A DNA stretch of 64,000 nucleotides from NCBI GenBank assembly GCA_951406725.2, contig OX597815.1, positions 70,866,001 through 70,930,000 on the forward strand. The letters are read 5' to 3'. This document shows, piece by piece, positions 28,648 through 42,014 of this stretch. The position numbers were made by a program, and so were the translations under genes. The notes beneath the pieces were generated by a model that had not been told where the DNA came from, ran no database searches, and worked only from the letters and a program-made list of their open reading frames with translations. Numbering within the stretch: position 1 is the first letter of the stretch; each line of letters starts with the position of its first letter. The stretch is from Octopus vulgaris (taxonomy: Eukaryota).

Positions 28648-28854
28648 TTCTTTTTATTCTTTTTATTTTATTCAATTTTTTTTTGTTTTTGTTCTTTTCT
28701 TCCCTTTTACGATCCCTCGATCAAGACCTACGCCACCCCTTTTTTTTTTTTCTTTTTTTTCTTTTGGTTTTTGTTCTCTTCATCCCCCAAAAGAAAAGCT
28801 CTACCTTGTAACTTGTCCCATCTGTGTGCAGCCCTGTGTGGCCAATAAAGAAAT
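28648..28854 (+). mobile_element. Probable LINE 3' UTR fragment inserted in (ATCT)n
   Basis: Ends CTGTGTGCAGCCCTGTGTGGCCAATAAAGAAAT, similar to the 3' end at 46680-46712; flanked by (ATCT)n. Confidence 0.5.
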
Positions 28855-28952
<98 letters not shown>

Positions 28953-28953
28953 C

Positions 28954-28993
<40 letters not shown>

Positions 28994-28994
28994 C

Positions 28995-29113
<119 letters not shown>

Positions 29114-29649
29114 CACATCTTTCTTCTTACCTGGTCACTTATCTATCTAGCTATGTTTTCACCTTTACACCTATCGCTCTTCGATTTATTTATGCATTTA
29201 TTGTCAACCAACGTTGACAAAGTCATCGCTATTTCCGCTGTCACTCGTCAGTGCTTCCATCCGCATCTGTTGTCATTGACTTGTTGCATTATTGCCGTCA
29301 CTGTCGTTGCTGTTTTTGAGCAGTAACGCCATTTTCACTCCTGGTCGATTTCTTGTCTTCCCATCAAATGGAGCTACTGCCATCGGCTCTAACTATATTC
29401 ACCCAACGCCGTTGCCACAGTTAAGGTCACCATAATTACAAATTTACTACAGACGCCGTCAGGAAATTCGTTACATGTCTTCAATACCTTCATTCTCATA
29501 ATGCATGCATGTAGTTGTTGTTGTTGCTTCGGCTGCTGTTTTGTTACTACTGTTGTTGTTGTTGCTGCTGCTGTTATTACTGTTTCTGCTGTTGTTGTAG
29601 TTGTTGTTTAATCCCAAGCTATCCCTGATGGGGAAAAGCTATGCTTTAG

Positions 29650-29862
29650 CTCTTTAGCATTTAAATTGGCTACATCTGACTCTCTAGCTCGAATATAACT
29701 GTTTTATGTGCAAATTGGCCAGACCCGACCTCTCACACCTCGCCCACAATGTCATTCTAAAAATAAATATTATCGAAATCTCGAAACTACAAGATAATGC
29801 ATTAATTCGAAACAATGTGATTAAATAAAGATTACATTTGACAGAATAATCTGAATGCTGAG
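29650..29862. mobile_element. Probable MITE with 4-bp TTAG duplication
   Basis: Ends CTCTTTAGCATT / AATGCT(---)GAG; TTAG at 29646-49 and 29863-66. Confidence 0.45.
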
Positions 29863-30034
29863 TTAGCATTCCGTCTTACTGTTTTTATTTAGAACTATAT
29901 TATTTAAAGTGTCCTTCCTATTTTTAAGACCGTAGGATGCCATTTATAGTTGGTCGAGTGACAGCTTAGAAACTCTTTTGTTAATTCGCAACAGGTAGGA
30001 AGATTACAATGTGGTCATCATTGTTATCGGCAGC

Positions 30035-30150
30035 ATCGTTAGAATGTCGGAAGAAATAGCCTACGGTATTTGTTTCCACTACATTGTGAGTTAAAACCCA
30101 CTCATGTCAGCTTTGCCTTTCAAACTTTTAGGGTCGATAAAATAAGCTAA
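30035..30150 (+). mobile_element. SINE family B, degenerate
   Basis: CTTTGCCTTTCA..GGGTCGATAAAATAAG. Confidence 0.6.
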
Positions 30151-31062
30151 AATATAATCCTTAACTGGTTTTTAGGCGACATCGCTTTGTATTTCTATGT
30201 ATATCGCAAGCGCTGGAGCTACTGCTATTTCCAGCCACGAGGTATCTATCATTGATAAGGTCGAAAGAGGCCGACTTCACGTGATCTGGTAGTCGTGGCA
30301 GTGAAAGTAGCGGCGATTGTCTGCGGCTGGCGATAGCCATGATCTGTTTTTATGGACCGTTAAACCATATAGGAGTTTTTCTCTTGGTAAATATCGCAAC
30401 ACTCACTTTTAATTGGTGAATATTTTACCTTTTGGGCTATGGTAATTACTATCAAAGAATTGTTAGAGCTTCGGAAGAAATACCTTGCGTATTTTTTTCG
30501 ACTCTGTTGTACCGATAAGAAAATGGAAACAGGGTAAACAACTTCAATGTTAGTTGCTTAGCTATCAATACAGCTCTCCAGCAAAAAAAAAAGAGAAGGT
30601 ATAATAGGCGCTTGGAACTGACTGTCTGGGGCCATCTTGAAGGGAGACTAAGAACAAACAAGAGTTGAGTTGAAGTTCCAGTGTGCAACCTTTAAACCGA
30701 ATGAAGAATACAACAGTTCTTTACGTTCGGAATTCAAACACTATTGCCAAATTTATTTTTCAATCGTCCGGGATCAATAAACCAAAGTACCAGAGAGAAA
30801 GAGAGAGAAAGAGAATAGAGAGAAAGACGGGAGAGAGAGAGAGAGAGAGAGAGGGGAGAGGGAGAGGGAGAGAGAGAAAGAAAGTGAAAGGAGAAAGAGA
30901 GAGAGAGAGCTTATCTATTGACTACCTCCCCTCCAAATTGCAGGCTTATATCGGGTCTTGCCACATCCTTTGTCATGTTTTGTGCCCACCGATAGTATAA
31001 TGTCCGACTTACATTTTAATACCAGCAAAGAACTTTTTGAAATATATCTAAACTTTAAGTAT

Positions 31063-31210
31063 AGACGCAGGAATGGCCAAGTGCTTCAGAAACTTGCTTT
31101 GCAACCAGATAATTTAGGGTTCAGTTCTACTGCACTGCACCTTGGGCGAGTGTCTTCACTTATGGTCTCGGAACGAGCAATGTCTTGTTAGACGAGAACT
31201 GTGTGGAAGC
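31063..31210 (+). mobile_element. Old SINE A-related 5' part
   Basis: GGGTTCAGTTC..GCACCTTGGGCGAGTGTCTTC. Confidence 0.6.
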
Positions 31211-31218
31211 TGGTTATG

Positions 31219-31262
<44 letters not shown>

Positions 31263-31335
31263 ATCTCTTGAGCACCACCAGCAAAAAAATTTTTTTTCCT
31301 CTGTCTTCCCTTCTTGGGATCTTTCCTTCTCCTTT

Positions 31336-31370
31336 GTTTCCGACGAAGAGCTCCGCTCGAAACGTTAAAC
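31336..31370 (+). ncRNA. Ultra-minimal hammerhead motif (35 nt)
   Basis: GUUU CCGACGA A GAGC UCC GCUC GAAAC GUU^AAAC. Stem III is possible only intermolecularly, via the palindrome AACGUU. Confidence 0.6.
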
Positions 31371-31483
31371 CCTCCTTCCCTTCTTTCCTGAGCGTCAAAT
31401 AATACTTTAATTGTTCCACGTCCTCACGTTGCTGTGTTTTTTTCTGTGTTTTCTTGTTTGGATAAACTTTATATATATATATA

Positions 31484-31895
31484 CTGGGTGACCTAGGAGT
31501 GACCGAACCCCATTGAATTTATTGAATATTGCTTGATGAGAACATTTTCCAGGCAGATGGATAGGTCGTCACGGACCCTAGGAATGGCCTGCAAGGTTCC
31601 CAGTCATCAGTCCTCCGGACTCCTTTCTCTGGGGAATATTAAAAAAACCAGGTGTTCAGCGCTAAGTCAAAAACTCTCAATGATCTGAAACAGAGCGTCA
31701 AGATATTACGCCGGCAAGATATTACGACGGTGCTGTGCAAAAAGGTAATTGATTCAACCATTCAACGGTGTCGTAACTGTATTGTAAATAATGGTCTACA
31801 TTTTGAACATTTGCTGTAACCTTGTGTAATAAAAATTTATTCCATTCAGTAAAATTTAACAGTAATTAGGGTTCGGTTACTTCTGGACCACCCTG
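31484..31895 (+). mobile_element. Tc1/mariner-superfamily internally deleted element
   Basis: TIRs CTGGGTGACCTAGGAGTGACCGAACCC and (rc) CAGGGTGGTCCAGAAGTAACCGAACCC, TA both sides; internal HFPGRWIGR.GP.EWPAR..FLWGILK..GLHFEHLL*. Confidence 0.85.
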
Positions 31896-32224
31896 TACAC
31901 ACACATACATACATACACACATACACACACAAACACAACGAACTGTCAGCGCTAAGCAGTGTGTATACACGAGCAGATTTAGGTAAGATGAAATATGTTT
32001 ATCACATATTTCAACTGCTAAAAGGTAAATACACTGCTGTTACCGTGGAGAATAAATCTCTCTTATGGCAAAAAGGTATGAAAACACCCGGTTCGTTCAT
32101 TGTCGCCATCTATTAGGAATCCCAGACATCGAAGTTTCAAGCTACTTGGCTCTTTAAATCCATAGTTCTGTTATCTAGTTAAAATGGTATATTTTTACAG
32201 AGTGATACACAGAATAGTTATAGA

Positions 32225-32487
32225 CTTACAGCTGTTTCAGATATGCGATTGGATGTGTTCATAATGCAACCTAATCAATCGATGATCAATAGATCGACTG
32301 AAAATGTTGGAACCACCACCAAAAGCAATACTTTCTGGGCCGAAACGAACCAAGTTGTTTTGTTTCGGGTCTGATGAAGATACTTTAGTTTCGTGGTTCC
32401 CAATGTTTTTACTCGAATAGTCGATCAATCGATCAATTGATAAGATTAACCATCAACACACTACCGCATATCAGAAACAGTTGTAAG
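32225..32487. repeat. Imperfect ~260-bp foldback
   Basis: CTTACAGCTGTTTC-AGATATGCG / CGCATATC-AGAAACAGTTGTAAG ends; inner GGAACCAC/GTGGTTCC and GATCGACT/AGTCGATC pairs. Confidence 0.75.
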
Positions 32488-32705
32488 AATATAATAAATA
32501 AATGTATATAACACGTTATTTCAGTCTGTTGTATGTATGCATATATGAATGAATGAATGAATGAATGAATGTATGTATGTATGTATGTATGTATGTATGT
32601 ATGTATGTATGTATGTATGTATGTATGTATGTATGTACGTATGTATGTATGTATGTATGTATGTATGTATGTATGCATGCATGCATGGATGCATGTATGT
32701 ATGTA

Positions 32706-32743
<38 letters not shown>

Positions 32744-32768
32744 GCATACGTGTATGTATATGTATGCA

Positions 32769-32808
<40 letters not shown>

Positions 32809-34514
32809 TATATGCATATATACATATATATTTACACACACCCTCGTACACACACACACGCACTCACATCCTAGGCGCGGTGAGAGCAAGATGTGTGTGT
32901 GTGTATGTGTGTACATGTGTGTATGTGTGTCTCCTAGCGAATATGGATATATTTGTGCAATGCCGGACCTATTCAAAAGCCAGTGGAGTACCACAATGCG
33001 TCATTTTCACGATATAAACAAGAGAGATAATACCTCTGGTTAACCTTATCAAGCATTTGACGGAAAGAAAGATTCCATACAACACGGTCTGTAGTAAGGA
33101 CTGTATATCCGTACGACGGAAGTTATGTAATCTTCGTTTAGAAGAGGTGTGATGCATCTTATTATGAATAGAAAACCTGAACTTATGAACTCTCTGAACT
33201 TATGAAATGTCACCGTAGGTTCAGAAAATCTTTCGAAATTTACAAAACAAAATATTTATTACAGAATTTATAATTGTTAATGTTACCGTTGCAATGATTT
33301 CTAAACGGTCCTACGTACTTCTAAATTTTGGTATCTTTATGAAATTGTTCACTTAGGTAACTGGATATCTAAATCTATTGATATATTCTACGTGTTTGAA
33401 AACTTTACTAAGTCAATTAAATGAATGTAGGAAGAAGGACACTTTTTTCTTCTATATATTTTTTTTATCTCTGTGCATATAAGTACAAACAATTTCATTC
33501 AGATCTGTGCCTGCTGGGGCGTACATAATTTTTTAATTAATCCTCTCTTTGTTAAGTAGGAGATGCCACTAAGTATCAATCAAATATCTATCATCTTTAT
33601 CCGCTTGGAACTGCGCGTACGAGCTCGTGTGTACGTGTGACCGCTGGATTTTGTCGTAAATATCATCTAATCCCTGTGTTGCCAATCTATGTCCGACAAC
33701 TATAAAGTGGCCAGAACAAAAGATTTCACTTCAGTAAACATACAAATCTATGACCTTCATTCCCTTGTCTGAGTGACGGATAAGATAGATATATCTCCAA
33801 GAGCACTAAAAAACTTTGAAGAATATGACTTCAAAGTAACTCTAAGAAAGAAACTGTTGACAAGATTATAATTCACTATATTGTCTGAAAATAAAACAAA
33901 AAATCTTTTTTTTCGCTTTTATTCTTCCTTGTTTTTGTCGAGTCATCCTTCTTGAGTGGACAACTCAAACCAGGGTTTGTTTGGCTTTGTTTGAATTTTA
34001 GTATGTAAATATAATCGCTTAAACACATCCAACTCGATGTAGTTATAAGTTATCGTTAACTCAAGTGTTCACTGTAAATAACTTGATTTTGAAGAATCTG
34101 CATGATTCTGAAGAATCGATCTTCGCTTTTGTATCTATGACACCTTATGTTTCAATAGTTGCATATATTATTGCATAATAATATAGCAATGTTCATGAGA
34201 TCGATTTTCGATGAAACAATTTGTAAATCGATGAAATAAAAGGACTTTCTCACTCCATTCTCCTTGGTTATAATTACAGAAACTCTGTAGATATTTGTGG
34301 ATTTTCAGGCATGTGTATGATACAATAATCTCTGGACTACCTTCTGTCTGATAGCCTGGACTTAATAGGATAAATTCCAGGGTTAACACCCAAATAAAAA
34401 TACATACACACACATGTATGTATGTATGTATGTATGTATGTATGTATGTATGTATGTATGTATGTATGTATGTATGTACGTACGTACGTACGTACGTACG
34501 TATGTATTTATTTA

Positions 34515-35115
34515 TTGGGCTGTTCAGATAAATTCTCTTGATTTTTTTTTCACATTTATTTTAATTCCTATTTTTTTCATCAACAATTTTAACAAATCAG
34601 TCAATAATATATTCTCCTTTATTGTTCACTACTTCTTGCTAACATTCCACTACCTTGTCATTGCTTTGACGGGAGAAATCACCGCGTTTTGACTAGAAGA
34701 ATTCAGTGACCCACGTTTTTAGCTGTACGTCGTTGTTGAATGAAACGACTCTCAGAATGTTGGAGAACTAGCGTAAAAGATCATAATCTGAAGGCTCTTG
34801 AATAGCATTTTTGGTCAAATTAGCGATGCCAGGGTGGGTGTTATCGTGTTGACGAAGCACGCCGTATCGCCAGTCGGGTTCTTTCAGCTGGATTGCTTCG
34901 TTGGCCTGGTGCATTTGCTGAACGCAAAGCTCTGCATTGACTGTGTATTCGTTTTCAAGTATTTTATAGTGGATTAGCCTTTCACAACATTACCAAAACA
35001 TAGCGTATTGTCTTGCGTGGACGTAGCTCTGGTTTGCTTCGAAGTATTGCTTGCTTGCGGGCTCAGCTACAAAGACACCATTTTTCATCACCGGTGATGA
35101 TGCAGTAAAGAAATG
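34515..35115 (-). mobile_element. Mariner remnant
   Basis: Minus translation CITGDEKWCL, HDNTHP, PSDYDLLR, EVVNNKGEYII; TIR TTGGGCTGTTCAGATAAATT after TA. Confidence 0.8.
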
Positions 35116-35183
35116 TATTTGTGTACACAAGTATCTTGCTGTCGAGTGAGCAAACTGGCAGCGATAGAGAGTGTAGCAGAGAT

Positions 35184-35380
35184 GCACAAAGCCAGTAATT
35201 TCAGGGGAGGGGATAAGTCGATTACATCGACCCCAGTTATCAACTGGTACATATTTTATGACCTCGAAAGGATGAAATGCAAATTCGACCTCGCAGACTT
35301 TGAACTCAGAACATAAAGACGGACGGAATGCCGCTCAGCATTTTGCCGGTGTACAAACGATTCTGTCAGCTCGTCGTCCT
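35184..35380 (-). mobile_element. SINE family B
   Basis: Reverse complement of family B head and central domain. Confidence 0.8.
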
Positions 35381-35860
35381 TATCCATTCTTATATTGCTA
35401 ATATATTTTTCGCAGCATTGTACTATTGTTATTATTATTTAAAATGTAAACGCTTATTGAATTCTTGTTTATTCATCTCTGAAACGAAGTTAAAAGATTC
35501 CGTGATCGAATATCGATCACGTTCTATGGAATATCAAAGAGGCCAGATTACCATCAAATGGCACCTGAAAACATATGTAAAGATTCAAAAACGATTTTCA
35601 ATTTGTGAAAATGTAAAAGTGTTAAACGCAGAAGTGAATATTGTTGGAAGAATTAGGATGTTGCAGTAATTACATAAAGCTAGTAACAAACGAAGCGTGG
35701 GTTCGATTCCTACAGAGATCTCGTATTTCATTCATTTTTCCAATTTGGTTTATATATCAGCACAACGATTTATTTCAAAATATAAGCCCAAATTTATCTT
35801 GTGATCCTAGTTTGTAATCTGTAAATATAACTCAAATATCTAAATGTGTGTGTGTGTGTG

Positions 35861-35939
<79 letters not shown>

Positions 35940-36493
35940 GTATCTCATAGGCCCAGTATGCCAATAATAAACACACGCACTGGTTCTATTTCGATTAGCC
36001 AACTGTTTAAACGTTTAACTAATTAAGTACTCGATCGTTTGATTAGGCGTTTGGTCAATTTATCAATCGGCCAGGTTTGACAAAGTCCTTTAATCACCAT
36101 TTGCGTCTTTATTAATGACTTGCCTTCTCTACTCCATCTCTGCTGTATATACATACATGCACACATACACACTACGTGTGTGTATGTACGTACGTACGTA
36201 CGTACGTATGTATGTATGTATGTATGTATGTATGTATGTATGTATGTATGTATATATGTATGTGTGTGTATGTGTATATATGTATGTATACTACACACGC
36301 ACATGCACATATATGTGTGTGTATGTACGTATTTGAAAGAAAGAGAGAAAGAGAGAGCAAGAGAGAGAAAGAGAGAGAGAGCGAGAGAGAGAAAGAGAGA
36401 GAGAAAGAGAGAGAATTTTGAAATGATTTCAATAAAACAATTTATTCACTATGTGACGGACAGTTTAATTTTTTTAGCATATATATATATATA

Positions 36494-37001
36494 TAAACAA
36501 ATCAAATTGCGAGAAAATAAAAATAATTATAATCGCTGGTATTTCTAACACAAGCCATATATTTTCCATATATCAGTACATTAAGGCGAAATATGTGCTA
36601 GGAACACAGAAGCTAGATAAATTTAGTAAAATGAAGATAAAAACGTTTACTAACTCGGTTTTTCTCAGACTGCAGTTTCTTTCTTTTCAGCAATAAAGAT
36701 AATTTATTTGCTCAGGGAGAATTCATCAGTGAGAGCCCTGTTTTTCTGAGATCCTAACTCACTAGAAGCATGTGCTTCTAATGATTTACTCTCTCTAACT
36801 AATCAGATCACTGCGCAGACTCCGAACGTCCCGACAAAACTAGGGATTTCTGGTATATCGTCTAGCGCTCAAAATTTATCGAGAAATATGTAAACAAATC
36901 AAATTGCGATAAAATAAAAAATAATTATAATCGCTGGTATTTCTAACACAAGCCATATATTTTCCATATATCAGTACATTAAGGCGAAATATGTGCTAGG
37001 A
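36494..37001 (-). repeat. Partial tandem unit (period 397 bp) with ~110-bp near-identical direct repeats, hammerhead-containing
   Basis: 36494-36603 is repeated at 36891-37001. Confidence 0.9.
36663..36734 (-). ncRNA. Type I hammerhead ribozyme
   Basis: UCUCA CUGAUGA A UUCU..GCAAAUAAA/UUUAUUGC..AGAA A GAAA CUGCAG UC^UGAGA; palindromic ACUGCAGU, GUC triplet. Confidence 0.75.
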
Positions 37002-37109
37002 TGTATATGTGCTATATAGATGTATATACATACGAGTGAGTGAGCAAACGAAAGAAAGGCACTCAACCAATTTATTGGGAGTTACATGTATGGATTAAGA
37101 CAGTTTGGT

Positions 37110-37157
<48 letters not shown>

Positions 37158-37372
37158 ATAAAAAGAGGTTTGTATGATTGTATATAGAGGGATATATATT
37201 ATTCAAAGGAATTCCAACGCTGTCTGTTTCTTATATTTTATTTATATTCTTTATAATTAATGTAGAATATAGAATATATAGTATAAACAGTGTATATATA
37301 GTAAAATGAAATGAAGTATTGATTGTCTTATTGAAGAGATGAAATATTGAATATCAAATATTAAGGGACTAG

Positions 37373-37446
<74 letters not shown>

Positions 37447-37471
37447 TAAGCAGCAGAAAATTCAACAAAAT

Positions 37472-37509
37472 CTGTTACTCTGAGTTTCTCGTTGCCGTTC
37501 ATCAGACAG
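37472..37509 (-). ncRNA. Minimal hammerhead ribozyme (left arm)
   Basis: CUGU CUGAUGA A CG GCAA CG A GAAA CUC A GAG UA^ACAG. Confidence 0.7.
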
Positions 37510-37525
37510 TTTTTGCTAGCAAAAA

Positions 37526-37561
37526 CTGTCTGATGAATGGCAACGAGAAACTAGATAACAG
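37526..37561 (+). ncRNA. Minimal hammerhead motif (right arm, stem III damaged)
   Basis: CUGU CUGAUGA AUG GCAA CGA GAAA CUAGA UA^ACAG. Confidence 0.5.
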
Positions 37562-37789
37562 ATTTTGTTGAATTTTCTGCTGCTAAAATAAAGCATATTA
37601 CTCTACCACTGGTATTTGAGTACTCTTTTTTCCACCTTGTTTCACATTTATGTGTTTATCCGTATATATATATATATATATATATATACCAGTGGTGGAC
37701 AAACGAAAGAAGGGCACTCGACCAATTTATTGGGAGTTACATGGATGGAACAAATTAGGTTGATTCAAATTCGTTGGTACTCTTGACCT

Positions 37790-37880
37790 CCAAGACGTGT
37801 GCCCAAGATACCGCGATGTAGGATTGAACCCGAAACCATGTGATTGATGAAATGAGCTTCTGAACCACAGAGCCATACCT
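37790..37880 (-). mobile_element. SINE A head fragment
   Basis: GCCCAAG..GGATTGAACCCGAAACCATGTG..ACCACAGAGCCA. Confidence 0.6.
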
Positions 37881-38702
37881 TTAAGATTTTGATGGTAATA
37901 AATCAGACAACGAATTAAAATGTTCGAAAGTAAATTCGTTGATGCTGATGAATTCTGAGAGCTCCAAATCGTTTCTGGCTTTGATTTCTTTTTTAAATAT
38001 TTCTCAGATTAAGCAATTAAGCAACTCTTTTTCGCTCATGTTTTCTCATCATATTCTGCTTGTATTTCGCTCCTGTTATCCCGCCAAACACTGTTCTTAT
38101 GCCATCAAGTCATCACTCCGTTGCTCACGATTCATTTTTCCACTCATATTGGTTAACTTCTCTTGGATACCGTTAGTAACTTGTATGCTCGTCCTCAGAC
38201 ATGTTGGCTCTTGTCTTTTGTTTCAGGCTTTCTCTTATTTCTTTTCTCTTTGTTCTTCTCTCATCTTTTGCCTATATCATCTTATTCTTTCTCTTCAAGC
38301 TTTATTTCTTCAGTTTCATTCCATAGAAGTGAGAAAAAAAACTTACATTTAATATCTTGTAAAACGGGGCACTACATTGAGCATTTAAAACTTATTCCTT
38401 GTATTTTTTGCATCACACCAAAGAAATATTTCAACAAGATTATATAATGTTTCAACAATTAATTATAAAATCCTGGCAGCAGTTTGACAAAATGCGTGTT
38501 TTATAAAGCATAAAATACCGTATATGCGTTCTGAATTTTATTAATACTTTTACGCTGTTCATATTCCGCACACTAGCCTATCCCATGGCTTGACTCTGAC
38601 TCGTACTGCACTGGATACCAGCATGGAGTGTGAAACCTACTACTGAGTCCCAAACTTTGGTTACGTCTCGCGCTTTACGCACGTGAACACACACACACAT
38701 AT

Positions 38703-38753
<51 letters not shown>

Positions 38754-39118
38754 CACACACAGACACATAGTGAAAATGGTTAGATATACAGGTTGTGTTA
38801 CATAAAGTAAAACTATGAAAATACACAAAAACATTCAGATAATTATTGTAATCTTTTAAGAAAAATTAAAGAGACAAAAGCAGGCATAAAATTCATTTAA
38901 ATGCATTACATATTTTTCACTTACATTACATAACCGGTTTCCTCCATGAGCCTGGATTTTCTTACAATGGAATTCAATCGAATAGAACTACCACTTCTAG
39001 AATTTTTAAAATGAATAAAAATGGAAAAATAGAAGCAGCTATCAACGACAAAAAATGTAAAACATTTGAATGAAATTTTTTGTTTAAATGCACACCACAC
39101 ACACATACACACACATAT

Positions 39119-39325
39119 AATCCTTTCTATTATAGCCAAAAGGCCTGAAATTTTAGGAGATGGTGCTAGTCGATTATACATTGACCCCAGTGCATAACTA
39201 GTACAATTTCATCGCTGAAAATATGAAAGACGAAGCCGACCTCGGCGGAATTTGAACGTGACACGGAAGAAATGTCACTAAGTATTTTGTCCGGCGTGCT
39301 AACGATTTCTGCCGGTTTTCCACTT
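39119..39325 (-). mobile_element. SINE family B
   Basis: CCTCGGCGGAATTTGAAC and flanking family B motifs. Confidence 0.78.
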
Positions 39326-39371
39326 TAAATATACTATATATATATATATATACTTGGATCAAAACAGTTTA

Positions 39372-39438
39372 ATTCAAATTCGTTGGTACTCTTGAGTTTC
39401 AAGCGTGATGCTAGTCGTCAGCCATTTGGAATTTGAAT
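39372..39438 (-). ncRNA. Type I hammerhead with extended, internally looped stem I
   Basis: AUUCAAAUUC CAAA UGG CUGACGA CU AGC AUCAC GCU U GAAA CUC AA GAG UA^CCA AC GAAUUUGAAU. Confidence 0.75.
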
Positions 39439-40269
39439 GACAGAAGTTGATTGTTATTACCGTAAAGTGTGCTGCGACTGGTCGAGGTAGGTCACGCGGT
39501 GTCGTGGTTTGATATTGGTATATGGGTAACAGTTAGTTTGAAAATACTGCATGCCGAACAGGAAATTGACCACGTGGAGGACAGGAAATAGACTAGAAGT
39601 CGGTCAGGTTGCTGGGGGTGAAGTAGGAAAGGGCGGCATGTGCAAGTATACAGTTCTATATGTGGGTGCGTAGACGCACTCATATAGTTTTGCATGCATG
39701 TGTATATTGATGCGAATGTGCTCGTCTGTACATGGGCGCGCACGTCTGCACATAGACATAAACACACACATACACGCTTGGACGAACACACACATACAAA
39801 CGCACGCATACGTACACAAGCACACACATACACATACACATGCATATTCATTCATATGTACATATGTATATTCGCATGCATGTACGCATGCATATTAGTG
39901 TGCGCGCACACACGCATGCGCGTGCACATGTATACACGCAAGTATACACGCGCAAGTATACATGCGCAAGACAAGCGTTGGGGATTGGTAAGTGTTGGGA
40001 ATTGGTATGCATTAAGGATTGGTAAACGTTGGGGACTGGTAAATGGCAGTCCTGCTCATGGGGTTGGTTGGTAGCGGTGACCTTGATGTATGTATGTATG
40101 TATGTATGTATGTATGTATGTATGTATGTATGTATGTATGTATATACATACATACATATAAAAATGGAACAAAAACGCAATAGAGAGTATTAAAACATTC
40201 GGACAAGTAGATGATACAAAGATACAAAGGTAGATAAGGGAAACAACAATTAGAAGGACAGGCAAAAAA

Positions 40270-40697
<428 letters not shown>

Positions 40698-40719
40698 ATT
40701 ATGTATATGTGTGTATGTG

Positions 40720-40920
40720 TGTGTCTGTGTGTGTGTATGTGTCCTTCTGCCGCTTGACAGCCAGCGTATGTTTGTTTACATCTTAGCAGTTGGGCCATAC
40801 AATAAGTACCATAATCTAAGAATGAAATAAGTCCTGGGTTCGATCTGTTCGACTAAAAAATCTGTATGGCGGTGCTCCAGCATGAGCACAGTCCAACGGC
40901 TGAAACAAGTAAAAAATTAA
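40720..40920 (+). mobile_element. SINE A 3' half
   Basis: CGCTTGACAGCC..GGCGGTGCTCCAGCATG..GAAACAAGTAAAA. Confidence 0.75.
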
Positions 40921-41147
40921 AGATTGTTAACCAGTATAATGAGCATTTATAGATTTATGCAGCAAAATAACATGAAGTCTATAAGAATTAAGAATGTCCA
41001 AGGGTCTCACTAGTTTTTGTAGTAATGTAGTGTTAACTTATTGGAAATATTCCATTCCTACAGAAAAAAACCCAAACAAAAGAAAAAAACAGAGAGCTAT
41101 AGCGATTCAGCAGTAAATGAATAGCGCCAAGCGTGGTGTCTATGTTT

Positions 41148-41225
<78 letters not shown>

Positions 41226-41326
41226 GCATTTACATATACATATATATATATATAAATATGAATATAATTACTCTACATTTATGTATATGTATATATATAT
41301 ATATTGTGTATATCTGTATATGTTAT

Positions 41327-41363
<37 letters not shown>

Positions 41364-41770
41364 CACATATACATACATGCACACAAACAAGCATACATAC
41401 ATACATACATAGAAACACATGATAATTTTTAAGGGCCAACAGCGGGAAAACTGTTGAAAAACAATTGAAGACATTTTAAAACTCGAAAAGGATCTATTAA
41501 AATGCTTTAAAATATGTGATATATTATGGAATTCTTTTCCAACCATTTCCAATTTTATTATTACTTTATTATAAGCTGCAATAAAAGACAAAATGCAAAA
41601 TGAAAAATTCTAATGAAAAAAGTAGTTTCCTTTTTGCCTGCTTGAAACGTTTCATTTTTAATTTTTCATGAATACATTCGACTTTTAATATTTTTCATGT
41701 ATTAAGTAGAACTTTAACATAGATAAAAATATGGCGTTGTTTTCTGGTGGTTGGTGGCTTTTATCTTTTA

Positions 41771-41821
<51 letters not shown>

Positions 41822-41855
41822 ATGTAAATATATATGGATATATACACATATACAT

Positions 41856-41937
<82 letters not shown>

Positions 41938-42014
41938 TTGTGTAAGTGTGCATATGTATATGTATACATGTGCGTGTGCGCGTGTGTGGGTGTATTCATA
42001 TATAAGTATATATA

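Larger units (their letters stand above)
37449..37584. repeat. Near-perfect 136-bp spacerless palindrome
   Basis: Centre GCT|AGC at 37517/37518; arms differ by one substitution and two 1-nt indels. Confidence 0.95.
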
